From contig JAYZBV010000054.1 of assembly GCA_036338595.1 (NCBI GenBank), positions 1 through 29,957 of the forward strand: DNA of 29,957 bases, given 5' to 3'. This document shows, in pieces, positions 1 through 8,931 of this stretch (position 1 is the stretch's first letter; the number at the start of each line of letters is the position of its first letter). The notes under the pieces were generated by a model. That model did no database searches. It had not been told where the DNA came from and saw only the letters and a list, made by a program, of their open reading frames with translations. The position numbers were made by a program, and so were the translations under genes. This DNA is from Planctomycetota bacterium (GTDB taxonomy: Bacteria; Planctomycetota; UBA8108; UBA1146).

Positions 1-1008
1 CTACATCACGGTGGCAGAGTTGGCCCCGATCGCCGACTTCTCCGGCACTCCGACCAGTGGCACGGTGGGGATGACGGTGACCTTCAGCGATCTCTCCAGC
101 GGTGGTCCAGCGAGTGGCTGGAGCTGGAACTTCGGTGACGGCACCACTTCGACGCTACAGAACCCGAACCACAGTTACCCGACCGCAGGCAGCTACGACG
201 TCTCGTTGACCGTCAGCGGACCCGGTGGCAGCGACGCCCTCACTCGTACCGGCTACATCACGGTGGCAGAGTTGGCCCCGATCGCCGACTTCTCCGGAAC
301 TCCGACCAGTGGCACGGTGGGGATGACGGTGACCTTCAGCGATCTCTCCAGCGGTGGTCCAGCGAGTGGCTGGAGCTGGAACTTCGGTGACGGCGCCACT
401 TCGACGCTACAGAACTCGAGCCACACGTATCTTGCCGCAGGCAGTTACGACGTTTCATTGACCGTCAGCGGACCCGGTGGCAGCGACACCCTCACTCGTA
501 CCGGCTACATCACGGTGGCAGAGTTGGCCCCGATCAGCGACTTCTCCGGAACCCCGACCAGTGGCACGGTGGGGATGACGGTGGCCTTCAGCGATCTCTC
601 CAGCGGTGGTCCAGCGAGTGGCTGGAGCTGGAACTTCGGTGACGGCACCACTTCGACGCTACAGAATCCCGGTCACAATTACCCGACCGCAGGCAGTTAC
701 GACGTTTCATTGACCGTCAGCGGACCCGGTGGCAGCGACACCCTCACTCGTACCGGCTACATCACGGTGGCAGAGTTGGCCCCGATCGCCGACTTCTCCG
801 GCACTCCGACCAGTGGCACGCAACCGCTGACGGTGGCCTTCACCGATCTCTCGGGTGGTGGACCGATCACCAGCTGGTTGTGGGACTTTGGCGATGCAAG
901 TACTTCCTCACTCCAGAACCCTTCGCACATCTACACCGTGGCGGCGAGTTACGAGGTCTCTTTGACGGTGACAGGTCCAGGTGGCGTCAGCACCCTGACC
1001 AGGACCGG
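1..1008 (+). repeat. Tandem 252-nt (84-aa) PKD-encoding repeats, at least 4 units
   Basis: The string ctacatcacggtggcagagttggccccgatc recurs at 1, 253, 505 and 757. The first three units are nearly identical in DNA; the fourth diverges. Confidence 0.95.
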
Positions 1009-1303
1009 ATACATCGAGGTGGTGGAACTTCCACAGTTCATCCGGGGTGACGGAAACCAGGACGGAATCCTCGACATTTCGGACCCGGTGCTCGGTCTCG
1101 AGTTCCTGTTCGGATCTGGATCTGTGGATTGCCTGTCCGCCCTCGATGTAAATGACGATTCTGCCGTCAATCTGGCCGATATCGTGTTCGGGCTGGGATC
1201 CGTATTCGGATCAAATTCAGCCCCATCGGCGCCGTACCCTGCTTGCGGCAGCGATCCGACCGCGGATGCACTGGGCTGCCTCGTTTCCGTCAATTGCCCC
1301 TGA
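1..1303 (+). CDS. PKD-repeat protein with C-terminal dockerin-like domain (5'-truncated; reading frame is open at the window edge)
   Basis: Four PKD units (PIADFSGTPTSG...V.F.DLS...SW.W.FGDG.TS.LQNP.H.Y...GSYDVSLTV.GPGG) followed by FIRGDGNQDG...DVNDD...CGSDPTADALGC. The GTG at 11 lies inside a repeat, so it is not the real start. Confidence 0.9.
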   Translation, partial: YITVAELAPIADFSGTPTSGTVGMTVTFSDLSSGGPASGWSWNFGDGTTSTLQNPNHSYPTAGSYDVSLTVSGPGGSDALTRTGYITVAELAPIADFSGTPTSGTVGMTVTFSDLSSGGPASGWSWNFGDGATSTLQNSSHTYLAAGSYDVSLTVSGPGGSDTLTRTGYITVAELAPISDFSGTPTSGTVGMTVAFSDLSSGGPASGWSWNFGDGTTSTLQNPGHNYPTAGSYDVSLTVSGPGGSDTLTRTGYITVAELAPIADFSGTPTSGTQPLTVAFTDLSGGGPITSWLWDFGDASTSSLQNPSHIYTVAASYEVSLTVTGPGGVSTLTRTGYIEVVELPQFIRGDGNQDGILDISDPVLGLEFLFGSGSVDCLSALDVNDDSAVNLADIVFGLGSVFGSNSAPSAPYPACGSDPTADALGCLVSVNCP

Positions 1304-1336
1304 TCGGGGCGAGCGGTAGTGGCTCAGGCGGGTCTG

Positions 1337-1360
1337 TTGTAAACTTACAAGTAGTTACAA
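1337..1360. promoter_or_regulatory. Putative operator: TTGTAA-AC-TTACAA inverted repeat plus an extra TTACAA half-site
   Basis: Perfect 6-bp inverted repeat at 1337-1350 and TTACAA again at 1355-1360. It is an AT-rich patch just upstream of the GGAGGA RBS of the 1386 gene. Confidence 0.4.
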
Positions 1361-1385
1361 TGGGCCCGTTCCGTGGAGGAATTCG

Positions 1386-3332
1386 ATGTCACCCGCTCCT
1401 TTCGATTTCAGGTGGACCGGACGGCTAGCGCTCTGCATCGGAGCGTTTCTCATCATCGTCACCACCTCATCGCACAGCTTCAGCCAGACCGCCCAGGAGA
1501 GTTCTCCCCTGAGCCAGCAAAGGGTCGTCGAGGGACTTCACATCCAGATGCAGATTCAACCCCTCGATGGATCCACGGTGCTGAACCAGGGAGCCGATGC
1601 AAGGGTCACCTTCACCCTTCGCGATGCGAACTCGATGGAACCTCTGACAGGATTACACCCACTCGGCTGGATCCATCAACGCAAGGGCAAGTTCCCGCCC
1701 AATGAGACGATGTTGGACGATATGGTCTCCCGCTTTCTCGGGGGCATACTCAGTGTCACTGCAGACCATGACCTGAACAGGTACTACCTGGTGGTGCTCA
1801 ACGACGACCGTTCCATCTCCATCATCGATCCGTTGGTGGCATTCAGCATCACGAAATTACGCAACCTGATCGGGCTTCCTGGTGACCCTGTTGACTGGGC
1901 ATTGAGTGAACTCCATGAACGGTTGCTGGTGACCATCCCGGACCAGGGCAAGTTGGTAGTCATAGATCTCACTCAGGCGAAGATCGAGAGAGAGATCGAG
2001 TTCGGTGACGACACCGATCCGGTCAAGGTCCTGATCCAAAATGATCAAAGTGCTGCATGGATCTCTCTGGATGGAACCGATGAACTGGTACGGATCGACC
2101 TCGAGACACTCGATGTGGGCCCCAGGATTGCGCTGGGAAAGGGTCGTCATACCACGGCGGTGGATACGGATTCTCGCTGGCTGGTCGCCACCAATACTTC
2201 GGATGGGACAGTGACCATCATCGACATCCAGGATGACGAATTACCCTCGAACACCCTCGCTGTCGGTGAGACACCGATCGCCATCAAGTATGCTCCTCTG
2301 GCGGCTCGCTTTCTGGTCGCCTGTGCCAATGAGAATCGGCTTCGCCTGATCGACCCTGCACGTTCACAGCTGACGAGAAGCCTAGAAATTCCCAGGGGAG
2401 TGATCGATGTCTCGGTCGAGCCTGACGGACGCTTCGCATTTCTTACCAGTCCCAGTGCCTCAGTTGTGGCCATTCTTGACACATCTTCGAAGGAGTTGGT
2501 CGGAACCATCACGACAGCCAAGGCGCCGGACCGAGTCGTTTGTACATCATCCTTCGCGTACATACATGATACCGAGCGTGCCAACATCATCCTTGTCGAT
2601 CTGAACAGGCTGGCTCGAGGCGAACTGGTTGTCACGGAACTGGGAATCGGTCGCCAATCGATGGCTGATGTCGCAGCAGGTCGACAGATCACATCCCTAC
2701 TTGCACCAGCGCCAGAGGGGAACTCGATGTTCGTGGGGAACTCTGCAGACAAGTTGATCTATTACTATGTCGAAGGAATGATGGCTGCGATGGGGAATTT
2801 CCAGACCTACAAGAGAATCCCTCGTGGGGTCCTGGTTCTCGATCGATCACTGCGCGAGACCGGGCCTGGTGAATACTCTACATTTGTGAGATTTAATAAG
2901 CATGGAAAGTTTGATCTCCCGTTATTGATCGATCAACCAAGAGCACTCGCTCATTTCGAGATCGATGTGATCAGGGACGAAACGATTCCCTTGATAGCGA
3001 CCGTGGTGCCGGTCTCTGTCGATTTCCTTCCTCCTGAAGATTTGATCCGTGCCGGGCAAACGGTCCCATTACAGATCTCCATCACTGATTCTCAGACCAA
3101 GGAGCCTGTCGATGGTCTTGAAGATGTTCATGTGATGCTGTTTCCGCTCAACGGAGCCTTTCAGTTCAGACTGCTCGCCGAGGGCGTGGGAAATGGTGTT
3201 TATCAGGTGCAGGGGTCCTTTCCTGAACAACTTCGTTTCGGGCTGCTGGTTCAGGTTGCGAGTCGTGGATTGACCTTCAAGAACTCTCAGCTGCATCAAA
3301 TTGGAGTGCATCCTGCCGAGGCGCAAAAATGA
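1386..3332 (+). CDS. Secreted YVTN/YncE-like (cytochrome d1-type) beta-propeller protein with terminal Ig/YtkA-like domains
   Basis: GGAGGA RBS and N-terminal hydrophobic segment. Repeated blades (LVVLNDDRSISIIDP, LVATNTSDGTVTIID, VGETPIAI). IYYYVEGMMAAMGNF motif. Stop overlaps the next ATG (ATGA). Confidence 0.8.
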   Translation: MSPAPFDFRWTGRLALCIGAFLIIVTTSSHSFSQTAQESSPLSQQRVVEGLHIQMQIQPLDGSTVLNQGADARVTFTLRDANSMEPLTGLHPLGWIHQRKGKFPPNETMLDDMVSRFLGGILSVTADHDLNRYYLVVLNDDRSISIIDPLVAFSITKLRNLIGLPGDPVDWALSELHERLLVTIPDQGKLVVIDLTQAKIEREIEFGDDTDPVKVLIQNDQSAAWISLDGTDELVRIDLETLDVGPRIALGKGRHTTAVDTDSRWLVATNTSDGTVTIIDIQDDELPSNTLAVGETPIAIKYAPLAARFLVACANENRLRLIDPARSQLTRSLEIPRGVIDVSVEPDGRFAFLTSPSASVVAILDTSSKELVGTITTAKAPDRVVCTSSFAYIHDTERANIILVDLNRLARGELVVTELGIGRQSMADVAAGRQITSLLAPAPEGNSMFVGNSADKLIYYYVEGMMAAMGNFQTYKRIPRGVLVLDRSLRETGPGEYSTFVRFNKHGKFDLPLLIDQPRALAHFEIDVIRDETIPLIATVVPVSVDFLPPEDLIRAGQTVPLQISITDSQTKEPVDGLEDVHVMLFPLNGAFQFRLLAEGVGNGVYQVQGSFPEQLRFGLLVQVASRGLTFKNSQLHQIGVHPAEAQK

Positions 3333-4915
3333 CTCTTTCTCTGTTACTCGGCCTCACGCTGAGCCTTTCCCCGATGATCGATGAACCGACTGCTGCCACC
3401 GAAACTGCAGCAACCCGGGGACGCGAGATTTACCTCGCAGGAAAGGCATCCGGACCGGAGATCCGATTGGTACTGGCCAATGCCGATCTTGAAATGCCTG
3501 CTACCTCATTTCCCTGCGCCTCCTGCCACGGAGAAAATGGACGAGGAACACGAGAGGGTGGGCTGGTTCCTCCCGGGATTCGTTGGCAGGAACTGATGCG
3601 CCCCGCGACCGTCGAACTGACCGGCCGAAAGCGAAGCGCCTATGATCTCGAATCATTGAAGAAAGCGATCATCGATGGATCTGACCCCGCCGGAGTCGAA
3701 CTGCATCCGGGAATGCCTCGTTACAAGATGTCCGATCCTCAACTGGCGGACCTGATGGCCTACCTTCGTGTTGTCGGCGAAGAAGAAGTGTTCGACCCTG
3801 GAGTCGAACCGGAACTGATCCGATTTGGTACGGTGCTGCCACTCAGTGGCGCCAATGCAAGCACCGGCGACAGCATCCGCAAGGCCCTCGAGGCCTGGTC
3901 GGGGCAGCTCTCCATCCAGGGGATTTACGGACGAAAGATTGAATGGGTGTTCGAAGACTCCGTTTCCACTCAGGAAGGGACCCTGGCGGCACTGAAACGA
4001 ATCGTCGAGAAAGATGTATTCGCACTGATCGGTTGTCACCTGCCACCGGGGACCGAGGGCATCGAAGAAATCCTCGCAGAGAGCAAGATTCCGATGATCG
4101 GGCCCGTGACCACGACGCCTCGCCCGATGGATCCACCATTTCGGTGGATCTACTATCTGCTGCCCAGTTTCTACCACCAATCGAAATCGCTGGTCGAGTA
4201 CCTCTGCATCGAAGTGCCGGGAACCCGGCCAACCATCGCTGTCGTGACGGAAGAGGGGAGGTCGTTCGATGATGCTCGTTCAGGAGTCATCGAGCAAATG
4301 GCTGTCTTCGGTTCCGAGCCGCTGCTCGATATTGTTCCCGCTGAGGGACACTTCGATCCGGTCGTGATCGCAGATGCGCTGGCGGATTCAGGTGCTGAGG
4401 TGGTCATCGTGTTTGCCAGGGGGCCTTTGATTTCCCGACTGACGCACAGGCTGGAGGTCCTCGATTGCAGGGTTCGACTCTTCACACTCGGCAGCGTGCT
4501 CGGCAAGGAAGCGTTCACACTTGCGGATTCTGTAGCGGCTCGAACCTACATCTCCTATCCCAGCGTGGTGGAACGGCGTCAATCTGACCTGACCTGGTTG
4601 CTGTATCTTGCTCGCGATACTGGCTTCAGGATCGATAGCGCAGCGGTCCAGGGATCGGCTCTCGCGTCGGTAAAACTTGTGCAGGACACGATGGAACGCT
4701 GCGGCAGAAGGTTGAGTAGAGACCTCTTCATCGAGCAACTGGAGAAGACACAGGAATTTCGAACAGGGTTAGTTCCGCCCATCACCTTCAGTCCATCTCG
4801 CCATGTCGGGGCAGTGGGATCCCACGTCATGCAGATCAATCTGGCCGAGGGTCGATTCGATCCGGTGAGTTCCTGGATCATACCGAGACTCGCCCATCGT
4901 AAGGAGGAGAGATGA
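3329..4915 (+). CDS. Cytochrome c domain fused to a LivJ/LivK-like periplasmic substrate-binding domain
   Basis: Signal peptide; heme motif CASCH and likely distal Met in GMPRY. Type I binding-protein start IRFGTVLPLSGANASTG...IYGRKIEWVFED. ATGA overlaps on both sides. Confidence 0.85.
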   Translation: MTLSLLLGLTLSLSPMIDEPTAATETAATRGREIYLAGKASGPEIRLVLANADLEMPATSFPCASCHGENGRGTREGGLVPPGIRWQELMRPATVELTGRKRSAYDLESLKKAIIDGSDPAGVELHPGMPRYKMSDPQLADLMAYLRVVGEEEVFDPGVEPELIRFGTVLPLSGANASTGDSIRKALEAWSGQLSIQGIYGRKIEWVFEDSVSTQEGTLAALKRIVEKDVFALIGCHLPPGTEGIEEILAESKIPMIGPVTTTPRPMDPPFRWIYYLLPSFYHQSKSLVEYLCIEVPGTRPTIAVVTEEGRSFDDARSGVIEQMAVFGSEPLLDIVPAEGHFDPVVIADALADSGAEVVIVFARGPLISRLTHRLEVLDCRVRLFTLGSVLGKEAFTLADSVAARTYISYPSVVERRQSDLTWLLYLARDTGFRIDSAAVQGSALASVKLVQDTMERCGRRLSRDLFIEQLEKTQEFRTGLVPPITFSPSRHVGAVGSHVMQINLAEGRFDPVSSWIIPRLAHRKEER

Positions 4916-6402
4916 TGTTACCGCTGCTGCTCGCTCTCTCGATGGGAGTGCCGATCGCCACAGCTGCGGAGTGGCCGGTGCAAGACCCATCGCCGATCGG
5001 AATCGATCAGGATTGCCCAGTACCTGCGCCCGAGGGAATCATCGCGGCCATCGGAAACGAGCAGATCCCTGAGGATCAACTTCGTCTGTGGATCGGTGCC
5101 GATCTGGAGGCAAATGTCCAGGATCGGATTCGTGCCCGGATCGACCTGCTGCAGGTGTCGGTTCAAGATCGGCTCTTCAAGATCGAGGCGAAGAGACTCG
5201 GATTCACCAGGGAACAGTACATCGAACACTCGATTCACGAGGCGATTGTTGCCCCGACTCTCGAGGAACTTCAACGCGAGATGAGGTCTTCTCCTGATCT
5301 GTATGGCGATGACCTCGATCAGGTTCGCGAAGAGGTGCAAGCCGCAGTATTGAGGAAAAAAACCACCCATCGTGGACGCGAAGTTCTCCAGGAGATTGCA
5401 GGGAGAATACCTGTGGAGTTGCTCGCTGCCCCCTTGAGAAGTCAATTTCTCGATCTGGGTCTTCAAGATGTGTTGGCGATGGTTGGTGGAGAAGAACTTC
5501 GAGCACATGAAATCGAGGAGTCACTTGAGGATCTTGAACACGAATACGACTGGAAGAAATACGAGATAGAGATCACGGAACTGAATCGGAGAATCAATGA
5601 CAGACTACTCGCCAAGGAGTGCGAGAAGCGTCAATTGACACCGAGGGATCTGCTTCAGCAGGAAGTGATTTCTCGCATCGATCCGGTGACGGATGGAGAT
5701 GTCGAGACCTTCTACCAGATGAACCGCAGTCGTATCATCGGAAATCTGGATGAGATCCGGGATTCGATTCGTGCTCACCTGGCAGGCGAACGGCGCGTTG
5801 TACTGGAAGCTCGATTTGCCGAGAGAATGAGGGCTGCCGCAGATGTGACCATTTACCTGAAGGAACCGAACCCACCAGTTCACATCATCGAGACCGATGA
5901 TCGGATGAGCATGGGACCCGAGGGCGCTCCCCTGCAATTGGTCGAATTCGTCGACTTTCAATGCGAGCGGTGCAAGGAACTCTGGGAGTTCGTCAAAACG
6001 GTCCAGCAACTTCATCCCGAGAAGATCCAGGTTGTGATCAAGAACCAACCGCTCGGCTCGATCCATCCGATGTCGATGTCAGCGGCACTCGCCGCAGAGG
6101 CGGCTCGATTGCAGGGTAAGTACTGGGAGATGGCAGCGGCACTCTTCAATTCGCATGATTCACTATCGCCTGCCACCATAGAGGCGATGGCCACCCGGAT
6201 CGGCCTTGATCTGGACCGTTTCAACCGCGATCGGCTCTCTCCCCAGCTGGTCATGATGATCACGGAAGATCTGTCAGAGGGATCGAGACTCGGAATCGAT
6301 CGAACTCCAATGCTCTATCTCAATGGTAGAAAACTGAAAGACAAGAGCTGGGAGGGCATCCTCCAGGGAGTCCAGCGGGAATTTTTCCGCCAGGGACTGT
6401 GA
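4912..6402 (+). CDS. DsbA-like thioredoxin-fold protein with duplicated SurA-N-like helical domains
   Basis: AAGGAGGAG RBS and signal peptide. C-terminal LVEFVDFQCERC...QGKYWEM...GIDRTPMLYLNG. Two N-terminal helical repeats (IIAAIGNEQI / VLAMVGGEEL...VTDGDVETFY). Confidence 0.85.
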   Translation: MMLPLLLALSMGVPIATAAEWPVQDPSPIGIDQDCPVPAPEGIIAAIGNEQIPEDQLRLWIGADLEANVQDRIRARIDLLQVSVQDRLFKIEAKRLGFTREQYIEHSIHEAIVAPTLEELQREMRSSPDLYGDDLDQVREEVQAAVLRKKTTHRGREVLQEIAGRIPVELLAAPLRSQFLDLGLQDVLAMVGGEELRAHEIEESLEDLEHEYDWKKYEIEITELNRRINDRLLAKECEKRQLTPRDLLQQEVISRIDPVTDGDVETFYQMNRSRIIGNLDEIRDSIRAHLAGERRVVLEARFAERMRAAADVTIYLKEPNPPVHIIETDDRMSMGPEGAPLQLVEFVDFQCERCKELWEFVKTVQQLHPEKIQVVIKNQPLGSIHPMSMSAALAAEAARLQGKYWEMAAALFNSHDSLSPATIEAMATRIGLDLDRFNRDRLSPQLVMMITEDLSEGSRLGIDRTPMLYLNGRKLKDKSWEGILQGVQREFFRQGL

Positions 6403-6431
6403 TGGATTCGCTCGGTCCTCACTCGCCTCGC

Positions 6432-8660
6432 TCAGGAACAACCCAGATTATCGCCAGTCGGATCGGGGCCAGCCTCCGGAAACGGGGCCGGGGGCAAGGT
6501 TCCGGTCACGAATAGATACTGCAACAGCATCACCGGATCCGCGATGTTGATCAACCCGGAGTCATTACAGTCGGCAGCATCGGGGCAGGATAAGTTCCCG
6601 GCCAAGAACAGGTAATTGAGCAGCGTTACTGCATCGCCGATGGTGAGCAGCCCATCCGATGAACTATCACACCTGATGAAAACAACTGGAGCGGTGACCG
6701 TACAGGTGGTGATGGGGGAGTTGAGTCCAGCGCGGGTGGCGACCACTTCATAGATGGCCACCATTCCGGTCAACGGGGCCGCATCCAGGAACTGGGTTTC
6801 TGTGCCGGCTATCGTGCCGAGGATGACCCCTTCCCGGAAGACGATGATCGTATCGTAATCAGGTTCTGCATTGCTCCAGGTCAACTCGATGGCACTTCCC
6901 GCTGGATTGCATAGCAGAGAGGCAACGCCTGCTGGTGGCTGCGAAGCGAAGTCGATGTCGAGGATCAAGTCGGAGAAGAGAGGTAGACTCGCCTCGAGGT
7001 GGTCATCGTATCCGGTCGCTACAGGTGCAATGAAGTTCACATTGTAGGTTCCTGGAGTGAGAGACACACTGTAGTTTCCGAGTGGATCGGTGATCACTGT
7101 TCCCCAGGGTGGGATGGTACCGCTGGCTGGATCCGAAACCTCTATCAGCACATCGGGTTGTGCCACTCCTGCGGCAGTGACGCTTCCCGAGAGTTGCACA
7201 CCGGCAGCCAGCACCAGATCCCCGAGATCCGTATCTGCCAGCACTGAGAGGCCGGATTGGAAGCTGGGACTGAGTCCTGATCCCGCTGGCGGGATCAACA
7301 TCAGATCGTAATTGCCGGGGTCGATGGCAAAGGAAAATGTTCCATCTGCGGCGCCGTTCTCATGGATGGTCGGATACAGAAGACCTGTTGCGGAATCGAA
7401 CAGCTCCACATCCACGAACCCAACCGGCGTACCCATCGAGTCGATGCATCTTCCAGACAACAGAACACCATCGGGAAGTACGATGAACCCCAGGTCCACA
7501 GGGGCACCAGCAGCCACATCGAGGGGGAGAACCACAGTCTGACGAACCGGGCCCACCGTCGGAGGATCGATCTCGAGCAATATCGAGCCCTGAGGCAACA
7601 AGATGTCGAAATCTCCATTGAGGTCGGTGGTGTCATTGTTGACAGTGATGGGGATGCCCGTCGCGGAATACTCTGCATCGAAGTCGGCAGCTTCAATCTG
7701 CAGTCCATTGGATCCGATCACCTGACCAAAGAAGTGATAGCCGGGGAACATCTGTGTCGTCCCAAGATCCAGAGGTGCATCCACTACCAGTAGTGGAAAG
7801 GTGTGGGGGACCCATTCCTGGGTGGCTGCGGGATCCACGGAGCGCAGGCTCACGTCCCAGGTTCCTGCAGGAAACAACACCGAGAAGTTGCCGTTGAGAT
7901 CGGTATCGTCATTGAACAGATCCGCGGGAAAGCCCAGAGCGTCAGTGGCGTTCATATCGATCGCGGCAAGTGGAGCTCCGGTATCGTCGATCACGGAACC
8001 GGTCACCGTGAAGCCTGGGCTCAACACGATGGTGCCCATGTCTGTGTCGCCAAACAGAAAGACATTGTCCATCTGGAGGGGGAACACTGTCGGAAAGGGA
8101 GTAGCCATCGAAAACACAATCCGATATTCGTCAACCAGTGCGGGCAAGGTGAGTGCGAAATTTCCGGCTGCGTTGGTGAAATCTCCGGTCAGATCTATCC
8201 AGCCAGTATTGGACCCTCGCATGTCGATGTCGATCGGCGTCAATGGATTGCCCAGCGTGTCCTGAACCAACCCACTGATGATCCAGCCACTTCCAAGATT
8301 GATGATTCCTACATCGATGTTTCCTGACAGATTGATGCTGAGAGTGGTCGACAGGAAGCCTGGAGGAGGATCGACCTGCAGGGAAAAGGCGCCTGGCGCG
8401 ACGGCTTCGACGACCACCATCGAAAAGCTACCATCGACTCCAGTGGTGTCACCGGTGACGATGATCTGCGTGGTCGGTGCGAGGTCGCTGAAGAGGTCCA
8501 GGTCTGCCCCGGCGATCGGGCCCCCGGCTGCATCCGCAACGGTGCCCGAGATGACCCAGCCCTGCGATTCGACGAAGGTAGGGATGCAGATCCAGAACAG
8601 CAGCACCAGGCTGCAGAGACGAAAATTCGCGACCCACTGTCCCATCAGGAAACTCCCCAC
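6432..8660 (-). CDS. Secreted protein with about 6 carboxypeptidase-regulatory-like beta-sandwich repeats, an FN3-like domain and a dockerin-like domain
   Basis: Repeats begin ISGTVADAAGGP, ISGLVQDTLGNP, VTGSVIDDTGAP, FFGQVIGSNG, LSGRCIDSMGTP and LSGSVTAAG. FN3-like IELTWSN...YEVVA. C-terminal FIRCDSSSDG...DCNDSG...GPDPTGDNLGC. The start may be the ATG at 8645. Confidence 0.8.
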   Translation of the reverse strand: MGSFLMGQWVANFRLCSLVLLFWICIPTFVESQGWVISGTVADAAGGPIAGADLDLFSDLAPTTQIIVTGDTTGVDGSFSMVVVEAVAPGAFSLQVDPPPGFLSTTLSINLSGNIDVGIINLGSGWIISGLVQDTLGNPLTPIDIDMRGSNTGWIDLTGDFTNAAGNFALTLPALVDEYRIVFSMATPFPTVFPLQMDNVFLFGDTDMGTIVLSPGFTVTGSVIDDTGAPLAAIDMNATDALGFPADLFNDDTDLNGNFSVLFPAGTWDVSLRSVDPAATQEWVPHTFPLLVVDAPLDLGTTQMFPGYHFFGQVIGSNGLQIEAADFDAEYSATGIPITVNNDTTDLNGDFDILLPQGSILLEIDPPTVGPVRQTVVLPLDVAAGAPVDLGFIVLPDGVLLSGRCIDSMGTPVGFVDVELFDSATGLLYPTIHENGAADGTFSFAIDPGNYDLMLIPPAGSGLSPSFQSGLSVLADTDLGDLVLAAGVQLSGSVTAAGVAQPDVLIEVSDPASGTIPPWGTVITDPLGNYSVSLTPGTYNVNFIAPVATGYDDHLEASLPLFSDLILDIDFASQPPAGVASLLCNPAGSAIELTWSNAEPDYDTIIVFREGVILGTIAGTETQFLDAAPLTGMVAIYEVVATRAGLNSPITTCTVTAPVVFIRCDSSSDGLLTIGDAVTLLNYLFLAGNLSCPDAADCNDSGLINIADPVMLLQYLFVTGTLPPAPFPEAGPDPTGDNLGCS

Positions 8661-8830
8661 CTATTCCGGCGATCCTACTCAATAGTCCCGATTCGATCGA
8701 GGTTTGTAAACCCGAGAACTGGCAGCCGGGAAGTAAGTCAAAATTGGCACGAATCGTGATATTGGAGCCAAATGGCGATCATTGAGCGGTTCCGCGACAC
8801 TCCGGGTGGGGCGTGGGCAGCCCCCATGTC

Positions 8831-8848
8831 ACCACATTGTAATGTGGT
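8831..8848. promoter_or_regulatory. Perfect inverted repeat ACCACATT-GT-AATGTGGT, putative transcription-factor site
   Basis: 8-bp arms with a 2-nt spacer, in the AT-rich intergenic region between two divergent dockerin genes. Confidence 0.45.
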
Positions 8849-8931
8849 AGTATTGTCTTTATTGGCACCTTCGAGATGTCTCCGCAGGTACTCCTGGCTG
8901 GGGTAGACTTCAGGTAGCCCTAGATCGGACG

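Noticed and set aside
1..1008. Direct repeats as a CRISPR array or mobile-element ends (also 24556-25578)
   Set aside because: The units are in-frame protein repeats with no unique spacers, and no cas or transposase genes are present.
1301..1342. Sec readthrough at Cys-proximal TGA stops of dockerin genes (also 10894-10896)
   Set aside because: These stops fall at the natural end of the module, where the paralogs at 23767 and 25860 use TAG, and the frames close again within a few codons.
1386..3332. Nitrite reductase NirS
   Set aside because: It has a d1-like propeller but no CxxCH domain, and there are no nir genes in the window.
3329..4915. A branched-chain amino acid ABC transporter operon
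   Set aside because: No permease or ATPase genes are nearby, and the binding domain is fused to a cytochrome.
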